DNA from: a virus
Reading direction: 5' to 3' (one strand)
Virus record (IMG/VR): IMGVR_UViG_3300010399_000002
Coordinates: 1 to 64,000 of that record
DNA: 64,000 bases
The translations under genes were made by a program, and so were the position numbers. The notes beneath the pieces were generated by a model. That model ran no database searches. It worked only from the letters and a program-made list of their open reading frames with translations, and was not told the origin of the DNA. The stretch's first letter is position 1; each line of letters begins with the position of its first letter. Below, in pieces: positions 11,525 through 22,310 of the stretch.

Positions 11525-11856
11525 GATGACCTCCACTTGGGATTCACTTTGACCTCGATCTCTTCTACGTCTGATGTTGGAGCTTTGTCCCACTTGCGCT
11601 TGATGTACGCTTCGGCTCGGTCTTGATCTCTGAAGAAACGAACTGCGAGAGCTAATGCTACCAACTTCCAATCGAGCTTGCGCTTGGGAATCTTGTTGTG
11701 TTCGAGAATGAAAGGACATGTCTCGGGACACCGTTCGCCTGAATTGAAAGCCTTTAGTATATCCTCTCGAAGCTCCAGACGCTCTTCATCGAGCTTCTTG
11801 ATCTGGGCCTTCAACTGGGCGTATCTTTCAACCCACTTCACATCGAATGTCTTCAT
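11521..11856 (-). CDS. Hypothetical protein
   Basis: 111-aa ORF with AGGAGG SD and coupled ends. Confidence 0.7.
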   Translation of the reverse strand: MKTFDVKWVERYAQLKAQIKKLDEERLELREDILKAFNSGERCPETCPFILEHNKIPKRKLDWKLVALALAVRFFRDQDRAEAYIKRKWDKAPTSDVEEIEVKVNPKWRSS

Positions 11857-12293
11857 ATTCTCCTCCTTGGTGGAGTAGGCTTACCGTAGCTGAGGTACAC
11901 TTCGTTTCTATCATCCATCTTGATCTTGTGCGACCTTTTGGATAGAATCCGTTGACCGCGAATTGAAAGTGCCTTCCAGTGTACCGGCCAACCTCGGTCA
12001 ATGTTCTCGATCACCAGCACATCTGCAACTGTATCTGGAACTTGCAAGCGGATGGTAAACTCGAACGTCTTCATGTTGCCTCCACCTTCTGCAATTGTCT
12101 CCCCAACTGGTCTCGTTCAGCACCATGGGTCCGTCGTCACCCTCGAACTGAACATAAATGTCAAAACCGAACCACGGCAACTGATTGGGTCTGATGTCTT
12201 TGACTGTGCCGAACTCCCACTTCTCCTGACCGGTATCGTATCGAGCTTTCACCCGATCTCCAATCTTGAACTTCGACTCTTCAACTTTGTGCT

Positions 12294-13235
12294 TCATACC
12301 TTGAAAGCCTCCTTGACTTTTGGCCACTCCAACGACTTGTCCCAGAACTTACCGAACCGGCGTTCCCAAGCCTTCGTGCCTACTCCTTTCAGATACGCCT
12401 TAACCAGGAACTGCAACTTCGGATTCTGCCTGTTCTCTGCCTCGATAGCGAACACCTTTTCAATTGGAGTATCTTTGCTGATACGCGGTTCCGTGCAATA
12501 CAGATGCTCAACCGCTTTACGAAAGACCCAATAGTGTTGAAACGATGGAGAGTCTTCGTATATCTCAGCGTGTATATCGGCTGCACGATAAAGCATCAAC
12601 TCCACTTGTGATTGCATCTCGTCTTCTTGCCAGTACATTTGGTTCTTGAACAGCACCTTGTCGTGGAGTAACCGACGCAATGGAACCACCTGAGTCTGCC
12701 ATGACCATTCGCCGGTTGTTTGCCAGATGTCAATAAAAGCTGCATCGAACTCACCTGGCCGAACTTGTTTGACCTCATTAAAAAGATCTCCGAGAATGAC
12801 CTCGACACGAGAATCAATCTGAGGCTGAACCAGTTTGATCAGATCCTTCTCACGCTCCACGACTATCACACGATAAACCTCGGGCTTTCTCACTAACAGA
12901 TGGGCAATGCAACCAAGACCCAGACCTCCGACCAGCACCGTCCCTTTTGCTCGACGCAGGAACGGTTCCATTTGCGCCAGCTCTTGCAAACTCGTGGACA
13001 TCCACATACCGTTCTCTTTGTCGTGCAACTGAGACACGACGATGTCCTTTTCGAAGCTTACACTCTGTGGTCTCCACTTTCCCTCGAACAACGCCTGGCG
13101 AAAACTGACAACTGGAATCTTACTGCCCGCGGAAAGTTTCTTATGTTCGATCCGAAACCTTCCGCGGCGCAAAACCTTGTACGATGGAAGATCTCGAAAC
13201 ATCCCGAAGATTCGGTACAGATGGGCCTTAGACAT
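12294..13235 (-). CDS. Class I SAM-dependent transferase (spermidine-synthase-like fold)
   Basis: VLVGGLGLG, VIVVERE, VILGD, FDAAFIDIW; probable start MSKAHL at 13235. Confidence 0.75.
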   Translation of the reverse strand: MSKAHLYRIFGMFRDLPSYKVLRRGRFRIEHKKLSAGSKIPVVSFRQALFEGKWRPQSVSFEKDIVVSQLHDKENGMWMSTSLQELAQMEPFLRRAKGTVLVGGLGLGCIAHLLVRKPEVYRVIVVEREKDLIKLVQPQIDSRVEVILGDLFNEVKQVRPGEFDAAFIDIWQTTGEWSWQTQVVPLRRLLHDKVLFKNQMYWQEDEMQSQVELMLYRAADIHAEIYEDSPSFQHYWVFRKAVEHLYCTEPRISKDTPIEKVFAIEAENRQNPKLQFLVKAYLKGVGTKAWERRFGKFWDKSLEWPKVKEAFKV

Positions 13236-13260
13236 TGCCTTAGGACCCTTTTTGGGACTG

Positions 13261-13343
13261 CGTGGGGCCTCACAGGCACTGTCGACGGGTGTTGGGGTAT
13301 GGTTGGATAGGGTATGCTCCACTTTGGACGTTGGAGAGGCTGT
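13261..13343. repeat. Tripartite dispersed motif, diverged copy E
   Basis: CTCACAGGCACT-N14-GGGTATGGTTGG-N20-GACGTTGGAGAGGCTG. Confidence 0.6.
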
Positions 13344-13354
13344 TACACTTTGAT

Positions 13355-15464
13355 CTACCACTTGTTGGCCTCCTTTTTTACTGCACTGCACAGATAGTAC
13401 AAACAACCGATAGCTGCCGAATACAGTTCGGGTGATTGGTCTCGGAACTCTTCCAACAGCTTCTTTTGAGTAACGCTGAGTGACTCCTGATCCTGTTCAT
13501 AGGCCTCGAGTATCCTGGCCACCTCCGGCGGAAACGAAATGGTATCTGAAACTGGCTGCGCCATTGAATAGTTGGAGCCTCCAATGTTGACATACTCGGG
13601 ACCTTCTTCGGCCTTCATGGCCTTTAGACGGCGGGCTGCAACGATCTTCCACTTCGGCACAACGTGTCGGCCGGCGTTTCTTTCGGCTCGGTCTTTGTAC
13701 ATCACGCACCACCTTTCTTCTTCAGATAGTAAATCGCATCCATAACCATCGAAGCGGATAATGTTATGCCTGCATACCTCTGAGCATGAGTCCTTAGAGA
13801 CCAAACCGATAATTGAGTCCTAAGAATCTTGATCAGAGTCTTCCGATCACAACCGGGCTTACGACCTCGCAAACTTTTTTGGAGTCGTGCGATGGCCGTC
13901 CTGCGCAGTTCCACTTCCGATTGTTTGGACCAGACAGGCAGTTTGCCGTGTGGGTGCTTTTTACCTTCCGGCCAATCACGATCCGGGATGGGTCTCATAC
14001 GGCCTCCTTCTTCTGTTCGGTGTACAACACGGCTCGACGCCCACCTACGGCTGCGGTTAGATCTCGAGCAGCACGCAACGCAAGTGAGAACTTCCCAATG
14101 AAAAGAAACCTGCCCAGACCGTTGTCGACCTGGAAATGCCAAACACCGGATTGACCTACTTGTCCGTGCACTCGTACATACTCATCGTACGCAACGGTGA
14201 CCTCGTCCGGCCTCGTATTGATAGGAGCTGGTGTTATCGCTGCAACGTCCCAATGCTCGAGATTGTCGTGAATGACCCACGTGGTCTTTTCTTTACTGGT
14301 AAGAGTCTTAGCGGCAGAGACAGCGGCCTCGAACATGTGGTAGCGATACACGTGCTCGTATCGGTCCTTCAAACGAACGACAGAGTAGCGAACAGTGGCG
14401 CTCATGACGTCAACTCCGCGCTACCGCTCACCTTCGAAACCCGAACATGGTTGAAAAAAGAAACTGTAGCCGCCAACAGAAACGCGCGACCAACAATGTT
14501 CTCAACAGCGGCCTGATCTAACAACGGTTGGTAGACGTTGCCGTTAGCTGAAACTGTGATGATGGTCTCTTCGCCGGAAGCTGTTGGTACCGTACGCAGC
14601 ATGAAGTACCATTTACCTGCGGCATAGTGGTTGCCATTGTACCAAGTCTTGGGCTTGACGTGAGCTACGCCTTCTTGCCAAATGGCGTGTAGCACTTCGT
14701 CAAACGCCTCGTTCAAGATATCGCAAACATTCTGCTCAGTCTGTAGCATTTTTTGCCTCCTTGGGCCTCTGGCCCGACTCAAAAAGTGTTCTGGTTGCTA
14801 GAACCAGTTAGCAAACCGCACCAAGTACGGTTGTAAAATGTTGTCAACTAGCATCGCCAGCATACGTGACATACCGGCGACAGTGAAACCAACCACAAGC
14901 GCTGTTGCAATCTCTTTGACTTTCACGGTATTGCCTCCCTTTCGTACATTCGCCCGGCCTCGAACGCGACCAGAATGCACAGATGCAAAAACGCATCCTC
15001 ATCGTGTTGACCGGTCTGGACTACAATTTCCTGAATGGGTTGACCTTCTAAACCGGAATCACCTGTCCAATCGTGACCCGCTAACTCCGGTATAGTAGCT
15101 GTAAACCTTTGTATGGCTTCGTGCCTGATAGCACACTCTTCCAAAGAATTGAGATCTCTCATCTGAATAGCACCTCCGGGACTCCGTTCTTTCTGCACTG
15201 CTCATAGTGATGAACTGCATAATTGGCACTGTACACGGAACAGGCCTCGATGATGGTCTGATGATCCACGGCCTTGGCCTTTAGATAGTAATAGCCTTCC
15301 CACGACGGATGGAACACAGCGTAGACTACAACGTTAACGTCAGCTCGCCGCAGCAACAGATTGGCATGATCGACATTCACCATCTTTATCTGGCGACCCC
15401 AACCTGGAATATCGACGATGGTAAAGCCTTTCGGCGTTGTACGCAAAGTCTTAATGTGTATCAC
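13355..15464 (-). other. Small hypothetical early-type genes (13355-~13705, 13702-~13998, 13995-14405, 14402-~14749, 14923-15162, 15159-15464)
   Basis: Tiled minus-strand ORFs with GGAGG SDs. Confidence 0.65.
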
Positions 15465-15491
15465 GAACAGCCTCCTGTGGTGGAGTTATCA

Positions 15492-15546
15492 GTTACTCCA
15501 TCCCGCCGGGACACTGGTTAGAGTGTCCCGACAGAAGGATTGTAAC
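15492..15546 (-). ncRNA. Intergenic hairpin/anti-SD element, copy 1
   Basis: GUUAC-AA-UCC-15bp stem-loop-U-GGA-GUAAC. Confidence 0.85.
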
Positions 15547-15553
15547 CTTCGAG

Positions 15554-16267
15554 TTACTTCGACAAGGGGTACGTGATCTTGTACTTGTCCCCCGTCACCT
15601 TGCACGTCCACTTCTTGCCCAGATATGCCTCGAGCTGGATGCCGTTCACCAACCGAGAGGGCTTCACCTCGCACTCCTTGGCGAGAGCGTTGATCTCCTT
15701 CTCGGTCGTGCCCTTCATGGCCAGCATGAACGCCCGGCCCATCGCGCTGCCGGCTTTGAACGGCAGATCCAAACCGCTGCCCTCGGGCTTGGCCTTCTTC
15801 TTGGGCTTGTCATCCGCCTTCTCGGACTTCTTTGCGGTCTTTTTGGTCTTGTCGGACTTCTTGGCCTTGGCCTCTTTGGCGGGCTTCTTGGACTTCACGG
15901 GCTTCTTCTTGTCTTCCACGTCTTCCTCCTCGTCGTCGGTCTCGGGCTCTTCTTCGTCTTCGGGGCTGTTGTCCTCGTCGATCTCGCTGATCTCTTCGGA
16001 CTCTTCGTCCTCTTCGGTCTCTTCCACGTCGTCTTCTTCGGGCTCTTCCGCCTCGGACTTGCTGACCTTCTTCTTTGCTGCTTTTTTGTCTGCCACTTTG
16101 TCTTTCTCCTTTTTCGGTCTGGGACCGGTTGGTTCCGCGTCGTCCAGGCAATCACTGGAACAGTACTCGCCCTTCTTACCACGGTATGTGAACGTTTTGG
16201 TGAACGGCTTGTGACAATGGTCGCAAGCGGTCTTTTTGGTTGGTTGACTCTTGTTCTCGTCTGACAC
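15554..16267 (-). CDS. Zn-finger (CxxC...YCSxxC) protein with acidic/lysine-rich linker and C-terminal small domain
   Basis: 237 aa, AAGGAGG SD before GTG, strongly biased codon usage. Confidence 0.85.
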   Translation of the reverse strand: MSDENKSQPTKKTACDHCHKPFTKTFTYRGKKGEYCSSDCLDDAEPTGPRPKKEKDKVADKKAAKKKVSKSEAEEPEEDDVEETEEDEESEEISEIDEDNSPEDEEEPETDDEEEDVEDKKKPVKSKKPAKEAKAKKSDKTKKTAKKSEKADDKPKKKAKPEGSGLDLPFKAGSAMGRAFMLAMKGTTEKEINALAKECEVKPSRLVNGIQLEAYLGKKWTCKVTGDKYKITYPLSK

Positions 16268-16295
16268 GTCTGCCTCCTTGAAAATCGGATGGCCC

Positions 16296-16352
16296 GGTTA
16301 CTCCATCCCACCAGCCCACTCGAATGAGTGAGCTGATAGAAGGATTGTAACC
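16296..16352 (-). ncRNA. Intergenic hairpin/anti-SD element, copy 2
   Basis: GGUUAC-AA-UCC-16bp stem-AUUC loop-U-GGA-GUAACC. Confidence 0.85.
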
Positions 16353-16354
16353 TT

Positions 16355-16696
16355 CTAACGAAAACCCCACCGAGCCATCACGTCTGGCTCCGATGCGTTC
16401 TCCATCACATCACTCGTGCAAACTGGACAACCATCATGGAGATCCTTCCGACGAAAGTCGTTAGTGAACTCGCCTGAGCAGCCCGACTCTTGCATGATTG
16501 GATCATCCCACGCGGTAGACTCCATCCGACACTGCTGCCATTCGTTTGTGCGCTTGTTGATAAACCAGTGGTCTTCCTTGCGGTGCTGCAAGGCTCGAGC
16601 ACGTTGATAAACAGAATCGAGTGTAGACGGCATCAGCTTTGACAGTAGCTTAAAAAGCCATCGCCACCTTCTATCGAACTGACCTACTGTCTGCAT
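16355..16696 (-). CDS. Hypothetical protein (MQTVGQF...)
   Basis: Start fixed by AAGGAGGCAGTAACC-ATG. Confidence 0.75.
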   Translation of the reverse strand: MQTVGQFDRRWRWLFKLLSKLMPSTLDSVYQRARALQHRKEDHWFINKRTNEWQQCRMESTAWDDPIMQESGCSGEFTNDFRRKDLHDGCPVCTSDVMENASEPDVMARWGFR

Positions 16697-16725
16697 GGTT
16701 ACTGCCTCCTTTTTGGTGGAACTCG

Positions 16726-16784
16726 AATCGTTCCATCCGGCCAACCCACTGCTGCGACAGTGAGCTGACTGAAGGACTACGATT
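16726..16784 (-). ncRNA. Intergenic hairpin/anti-SD element, copy 3
   Basis: AAUCGU-AG-UCC...U-GGA-ACGAUU; outer stem covaries with the other copies. Confidence 0.85.
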
Positions 16785-17554
16785 GGCCTGGAGACTTGGT
16801 AAGTGCCTCGTTGTCCGTCAAGCACTCGTGAACGATGAACCTCGCTGCTGCGGCTGTCTCGTCCAACGTCCCCAAATGCACTGCGCCTTCGATGGGACGC
16901 CGATCAATCTTGGTTGTCAACTGATACAGCACTCGACCGTTGACACCTTCCTCGCGCTGCTTCTCGATGGTAAACGCAATGTGGACCTTCATCTCGTATC
17001 CTCCCTAACTGGAGCTGTGGCGATCAGCCCGAACAGATGAATCGGACTGCGATCACTGTACACCATAAACACGAACAGTTGGGCCTTGCTCCAGCCTTTT
17101 TGCCTCCACGGATTGGACACCTCGCCGTGAGGTATTACAAGCACGGTGTCATTATTCTTACCGATATACCAACCCGGACCTTTGAACTTAAACGTGGGCA
17201 TCTGGAACTCCATCTTCTTTACGGTCCCGGCCATTGTCCAATCCGGATAGATGTCAAACGACAACCTGGACTGTTTCTTCGACTGTTTCTTCTTCACGGC
17301 TTCACCTTTCCGGCCTTGCGCTGCGCTTTCACAAACGCAACCAACGCCTTGTAAACCTCGGGCGAGCACTCCACTGACCAATTACGGTCAACGCGAGTAA
17401 CACAGAACTCACCAACCTCGGTGTCTACAAAGTAGTCTACGGCACCATCCTCGTCTCGAAGGTCGAGCACTTCGCCCACCTTCATAGAACCCAGAAACGA
17501 GGGCTTGAAAAACCTTTCGGGCTTTCCTTTTCGAGCCTTACTGATCTTCGCCAT
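16777..17554 (-). other. Three hypothetical genes (16777-16992, 16989-~17297, 17294-17554)
   Basis: Coupled ORFs; the first is preceded by AAGGAGGCAGTAACC. Confidence 0.7.
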
Positions 17555-17577
17555 GGTTACTGCCTCCTTTGTCTTCC

Positions 17578-17650
17578 GACCTGTCTCATCAGTGTTGGTA
17601 GGTCATTTCCAACAGAGCCTCGTAGAAGTTTTCCCACGAGGCTTTCGACA
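17578..17650 (-). ncRNA. Type II hammerhead ribozyme 1
   Basis: UGUC-GAAA-[GCCUCGUGGGAA AAC UUCUACGAGGC]-UC^-[UGUUGG loop CCAACA]-CUGAUGA-GACA; loop GACCU pairs with 3' AGGUC; predicted cut between 17615 and 17614. Confidence 0.92.
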
Positions 17651-17748
17651 AAAATACTCGAGAGTGAAACGCATGGAGATATAGGAGGCATAGCGTTACT
17701 CCACCAGTTCACTCCCGAGGTAGCCACGATCCCAAGTGACTACAAAAC

Positions 17749-18888
17749 TCAAGGTGTCTTGGTGAAGACTGCTCTCACCTCATCTTTGTTGAACTCCACA
17801 CGCCAGAAATTGTGTCTGAGGTCTTTGGAATATGCAATCAATCGCTGAGCCGGGTCGGCACACGGCAAACCGTTGGTAACATCGGCCTGCTTATGCCACT
17901 GCCCGTCTTGCAAGCGCGCCCAAATCATCGCCATGGCTGAACCTGGCGCATACATACCGCCGATCTTCTCACCTTTGGTTCGCTTGAGATTGCTCTTCGG
18001 TCCAGATGCTACACCCGGAACCTTCGGAGCTTTCGGTTTCTTGGGCTGTTTACCGTTGCCGACCACCACACCTGGCCCACCGGCTGTCCTGGCTGCAATG
18101 TTGCGAATGAGCAACCTGGAAGGTACGGTGCCGAGGTATGCCAACCAAGCATCGGCTACAGTCTGTACTGATGGAAGGACTTGGTCCAGCTTCACGACAT
18201 GCTGGCCATCGACCACCTGCACAGCGGAGGCTGTAAGCACGGTGCGAAGCTGACTCAGTAATAGTGGTAGCACCCCTTCGCGCTTGACCTGATGGTAGAG
18301 CTGTTGAGCGTATTCACGGCTGAAGGTGACTGTGCCGTTGCCGTCGAATTGTCTGGCCTTCTCGGCTTCGGCTACGGCGAATTTGATCTTCCCGCCGAAC
18401 GCCTTGTTAAGTGGAGTAACCACGGTATCGAACTTCCCGGTCAATCTGGCTTGCGATGCTTCGAGCTTTCCGCGCACCGCTTCCAGCTTCTTGTAGTAGG
18501 TCTCCATCTCGGGCATTTTGGGTATGACCTTCGACTCGCGCACGATCTTCTCGTACAAGCGAACCGCGGTACGCAGAGAAAGCTCCTGCTCTTGCTCAGT
18601 GGCACCTGGATTGATACCCAAGTTACGCGCACCGTTGGCTCGATTGTAGGACTTTTGCATCTCCGCTGACTGGGCTAGGTTAGTGTTCTGACTCAACACG
18701 TACGGCACGGCAACATCATACCAATTGATAGCTTCACTCAACGCAGTAAGCTGCATGGGAATAGAAGCTGTAATCAACTGCCTGTACGCCTTGAGTAGCA
18801 AACTGAGCTTGGGCTTGGGATACTGCGGAGCTGCTTTGACTTTCTTTGGCGCTCTCGGCGCCTTTGGTTGTCTTCTTTTGAACGGCAC
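17749..18888 (-). CDS. Hypothetical basic protein (379 aa) with C-terminal small domain shared with two other ORFs
   Basis: Long ORF, AAGGAGG SD, upstream GGTACAAT -10-like box. Confidence 0.85.
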   Translation of the reverse strand: MPFKRRQPKAPRAPKKVKAAPQYPKPKLSLLLKAYRQLITASIPMQLTALSEAINWYDVAVPYVLSQNTNLAQSAEMQKSYNRANGARNLGINPGATEQEQELSLRTAVRLYEKIVRESKVIPKMPEMETYYKKLEAVRGKLEASQARLTGKFDTVVTPLNKAFGGKIKFAVAEAEKARQFDGNGTVTFSREYAQQLYHQVKREGVLPLLLSQLRTVLTASAVQVVDGQHVVKLDQVLPSVQTVADAWLAYLGTVPSRLLIRNIAARTAGGPGVVVGNGKQPKKPKAPKVPGVASGPKSNLKRTKGEKIGGMYAPGSAMAMIWARLQDGQWHKQADVTNGLPCADPAQRLIAYSKDLRHNFWRVEFNKDEVRAVFTKTP

Positions 18889-19086
18889 TCTTGCCTCCTT
18901 GACGGAAAGTGTAATTGTACCTTACTTAGGGTCTCTTCTTGAACTTCAACTCGGCGTCGGCTCTGGTAGGAGCCTGGATGACTGTTGAGCCTTTGAACTT
19001 TTTGGACTGGTGATGGATCTCTTTCTTGTCGGTGTGATAAGCGAAGGCTGAACCTCCGGCTGTTACCAACCACAGAGTAGATTTAC

Positions 19087-19428
19087 TCATAGTGAATCCC
19101 TCATGGCCCTTACAAGGCACGCTGGCTTGTTGCAAGCGCCCCGACCGAAATCGTGTGTACCTACGTACGTGTACTTTTTCTTGCAGTACCTGCACACTGC
19201 GGTATGCTCCACTTGTACCGACTTGTACTTCACAAGTCTGCCGGTCTTCTTCAGAAGAGTAAGGGAGCCTCCATCTAACTGCAGGATTATCCCTTTGATT
19301 GGATCGACTGACTTCGTTCTCCGACCCGGTTCGTTACCGCGCTTGGCGTCCTCTTGCAATGTAACAATCTCGCGCTCCCAATCTCGAACCGACATGGTAC
19401 GAACGTATGTAACGAAACGCTGACTCAC
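19087..19428 (-). CDS. Hypothetical Zn-binding protein (VSQRFVTY..., CRYC...C..PAC)
   Basis: AAGGAGGT SD before GTG. Confidence 0.7.
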   Translation of the reverse strand: MSQRFVTYVRTMSVRDWEREIVTLQEDAKRGNEPGRRTKSVDPIKGIILQLDGGSLTLLKKTGRLVKYKSVQVEHTAVCRYCKKKYTYVGTHDFGRGACNKPACLVRAMRDSL

Positions 19429-19446
19429 AGTTACCTCCTTTTGAAT

Positions 19447-19502
19447 GGTTACTCCATCCGGCCAACCCACTCGGAGAATGGGTTGACTGAAGGATTGTAA
19501 CC
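19447..19502 (-). ncRNA. Intergenic hairpin/anti-SD element, copy 4
   Basis: GGUUAC-AA-UCC-UUC-A/C mismatch-12bp stem...GGA-U-GGA-GUAACC. Confidence 0.85.
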
Positions 19503-19805
19503 TTCTAGATTACAGGAACGGCGCACTTGTGCTCGTCGGCTCGAATATCGATCATCTGACCTGAACCGAGGACTGCACTATCCCTCGCAACTGGTAGACC
19601 TGATATGCGAACGACTGTTGTGCCGTCGTCCTTGTTGTTGACGTATAGGACCCCGCGACGCTGATCCCATTCGACTTCGCAATTTTCGATACGTTGCATT
19701 TTTTCTCCTTTTACTTTTGGGTCAGTTTCCAAAGCGTTAGGAACGCCCACAGAGACAACGCGAATTTCAAAGCGGCTTCGCCTGGTTCCATTTTGTGTCC
19801 TTTCG

Positions 19806-20894
19806 TCACGCCTTGGTGGGAGGAGCTGGAAGACAGAGGCGACTCGCAGCAGCAAGGAACTTCTGCTCGAAGTCTTTGGCCCTCATGACTCGCATGAACT
19901 CCCCACCGGTGGCCTTGCACGTCTCTTCGATAGCCTTGTGCATCGGATCGGCTCCGAACAACGACGTGTCTGCGCTGCTCACCAGAAGGATCACATCCAA
20001 CACGATGTTCATCTCCTTCATGGTAGGAATCAGCGTCGGCAACGATATGGCATCGTGTGACATGCCGTCGGTCACGAGAACCACATGATGCGCTCGCAAC
20101 GGCGACGGCGCCTTCTGACAGAGCTCGATGCTGGCCTTCACGGCTGGGAAAATATCGGTCCCGCCTTGAGGCGACATCAAGTTCAAAGCGTTGAGTAGAG
20201 TATCCCGCGTGTGGGCACCTTTGACATGCACGTTATGATCGAACTCGATCAACCTGATGTCGGGGTTCTCGTACTTGTTGTAGCGTTCTTCGATAGCCTT
20301 CTTGATATGCTTCTTCAAGGCCTGCATTTTGGTCTCCAGCCCGCGGAACTTGCTATAGTCCTCTTTGACTCCGAACATTTGGGTCAGGCCGAGCATCACA
20401 ACCGCGTCTTGCAGTAAGTCCTGGTTGTGAGTGAATCCCGCCAGCGCTGCAATTGCTACCTGCGGGTTCATGGACGACTGCGCTGCGCCGAACAATTGGG
20501 CCAGCAGCGCCTCCGGGTCGTTGACGTCGGGAACCTCTTCAGCCTCTTCGACCTCCGCGACCTCGTTGCTCAATGCCGTTTGGGATTCGACGATGGCTGC
20601 TGCGATCTTGGCCATGTTCTCTTCCGTCCACTTGTACAGCGTACGCGGATTGTCGGGTAGAAGATGACCGTCCATCGAACCAGAAATGTCGACGGTGAAG
20701 ATCAACTTCAAGAACTGCTGCGCCAGATCACTCAGCGACTTCGGGCCCTTGACTGGCTCGCGTTTCGCCGTCTGGGAAAGGACGAGATCTCCGCCGACCT
20801 CGGTCATCGACTGGATGTTATCATTCTTGGACTCGTCGTCCTTCTTCTTCTCGGGCTCGAGATTGTCCAAATCCAACAAAAAATTGTCACTCAT
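19806..20894 (-). CDS. von Willebrand factor A (vWA) domain protein
   Basis: MIDAS DISGSM, GGTDI, VVLVTDG, TGGEF; start moved to 20894 (SD AAGGAGGCAGTAACC). Confidence 0.85.
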   Translation of the reverse strand: MSDNFLLDLDNLEPEKKKDDESKNDNIQSMTEVGGDLVLSQTAKREPVKGPKSLSDLAQQFLKLIFTVDISGSMDGHLLPDNPRTLYKWTEENMAKIAAAIVESQTALSNEVAEVEEAEEVPDVNDPEALLAQLFGAAQSSMNPQVAIAALAGFTHNQDLLQDAVVMLGLTQMFGVKEDYSKFRGLETKMQALKKHIKKAIEERYNKYENPDIRLIEFDHNVHVKGAHTRDTLLNALNLMSPQGGTDIFPAVKASIELCQKAPSPLRAHHVVLVTDGMSHDAISLPTLIPTMKEMNIVLDVILLVSSADTSLFGADPMHKAIEETCKATGGEFMRVMRAKDFEQKFLAAASRLCLPAPPTKA

Positions 20895-20917
20895 GGTTAC
20901 TGCCTCCTTTAGTTTTT

Positions 20918-20983
20918 TGACCTGTCTCTTCAGGACGGGTAGGTCATTGCCCGCCGACGGGAGCGACTGGCTCCCGTTTCGAC
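20918..20983 (-). ncRNA. Type II hammerhead ribozyme 2
   Basis: GUC-GAAA-[CGGGAGC CAGUC GCUCCCG]-UC^-[GGCGGG loop CCCGUC]-CUGAAGA-GAC; UGACCU/AGGUCA pseudoknot; predicted cut between 20956 and 20955. Confidence 0.92.
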
Positions 20984-22310
20984 TCACTTGCAGTCTAGGG
21001 TGATGCAATTGCCATTCTGAATCCTGGCCAAAAACTTGCTCTTTCCGGACTCCGGCAACGTTGCTTGCCAAACCGACCTGGCTTCTTTCCAGCAAGTAAA
21101 AGCCTTGCGAGTGATTGGCTCACTCTCATATCTGGTAATACCGGGCGAAAGGTTAACTGGAGCTTTCTTAATCTCTGTGTCGATGACCCAGAACTTTTTC
21201 ATGCGTTTCTCCTTTCGTACTCGTACTGGAACAAGCGCTGCTGCAACCTGACTTCGATAGGGACCTTCTGTTGATTGTACCTTTGGAGTATTGGATCGAT
21301 GTTGATAGCCTTCTCGAACGCTGCCTCGGATGAATCGGCTAGCACTCGAACAACTACCGTTGGATTGTCCATCGGAGCTTCGACTAGATACCAGGCTGTC
21401 ATTTTACGACTCCTTTGAAGTGTCGAACCTGTAACGATAGATGGTAGCCTCGTACCGCCCGGTCTTGACCCAACCGTAACCGACTTCACGATACGACTTG
21501 CGAATGTCGATCTTGCGAACGTTGACCTTGTCGGCCAACCTCGCCAGTTGGTTGTGCTTCGATACGGCCAGACCGTGACGGGGCTTGATGGACCGACTGC
21601 CGTTATCGGGATTGCGGTCAATGAAGTATCGCTCTCTCCAAAATTGGAGCTGCGACTTCGCAGCCTGCAATCGTTCCTCGGCAGATGCAGACTTCTTAAC
21701 CAGTTGGGGCTGAACCTTCCGGCCATCCGGCCTGCGGTTCTCTTTGATTCGAGCCTTCCACCTCTTGATCTCGGCTTCGAGACGCGGAATTTTTCTGGCC
21801 TCTCGTCTGGCCTTGGTGATTAGATCTTTGAGGTATTGAATGTTTGACTCACATCTGTCTCTGTCGTCTTTGTAGGGCATCAGAAAACCTCCAACTCTAA
21901 GCCCAGTGACTTCGCAATCTTGCGGGCTTGAGAAACCGGAAACCACGCAATGCCGGCCTTGTCTTCTGCGTACGCTTTGTCTTTGGACTCGAATGGATCG
22001 GGATTGCCGTCTGTGAAGTACAACGGGCCGGCAGAATTGGTCTCCAACTTCAGGAACAGCTTCTTGGCCCAGCGAAGCTTCGTATTGAGCTTCATGGTTT
22101 AGTTCACCTCCGTCTCGGACATGCGCTGCGGAATCGCCTTCGTAGCAGCCTGGTAGTTAACCCAAGCTGCGTCCTTGGCTTCGCGGCTGCCGGCCTTCTT
22201 CCAGACCTTCCATGCATCGATCATCGCGACGATAGCATCGGCCCGGCGATAAGCTAACTGCTCACGTTCACTCGTCATAGTTACTGCCTCCTTTTGTGGT
22301 GGAGTTATCA

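Noticed and set aside
20895-21095. N-terminal extension of the vWA ORF (likewise 16697-16825, 19429-19470, 40152-40280, 13236-13406)
   Set aside because: Extensions run through RNA elements, repeats or upstream genes; better-placed internal starts exist
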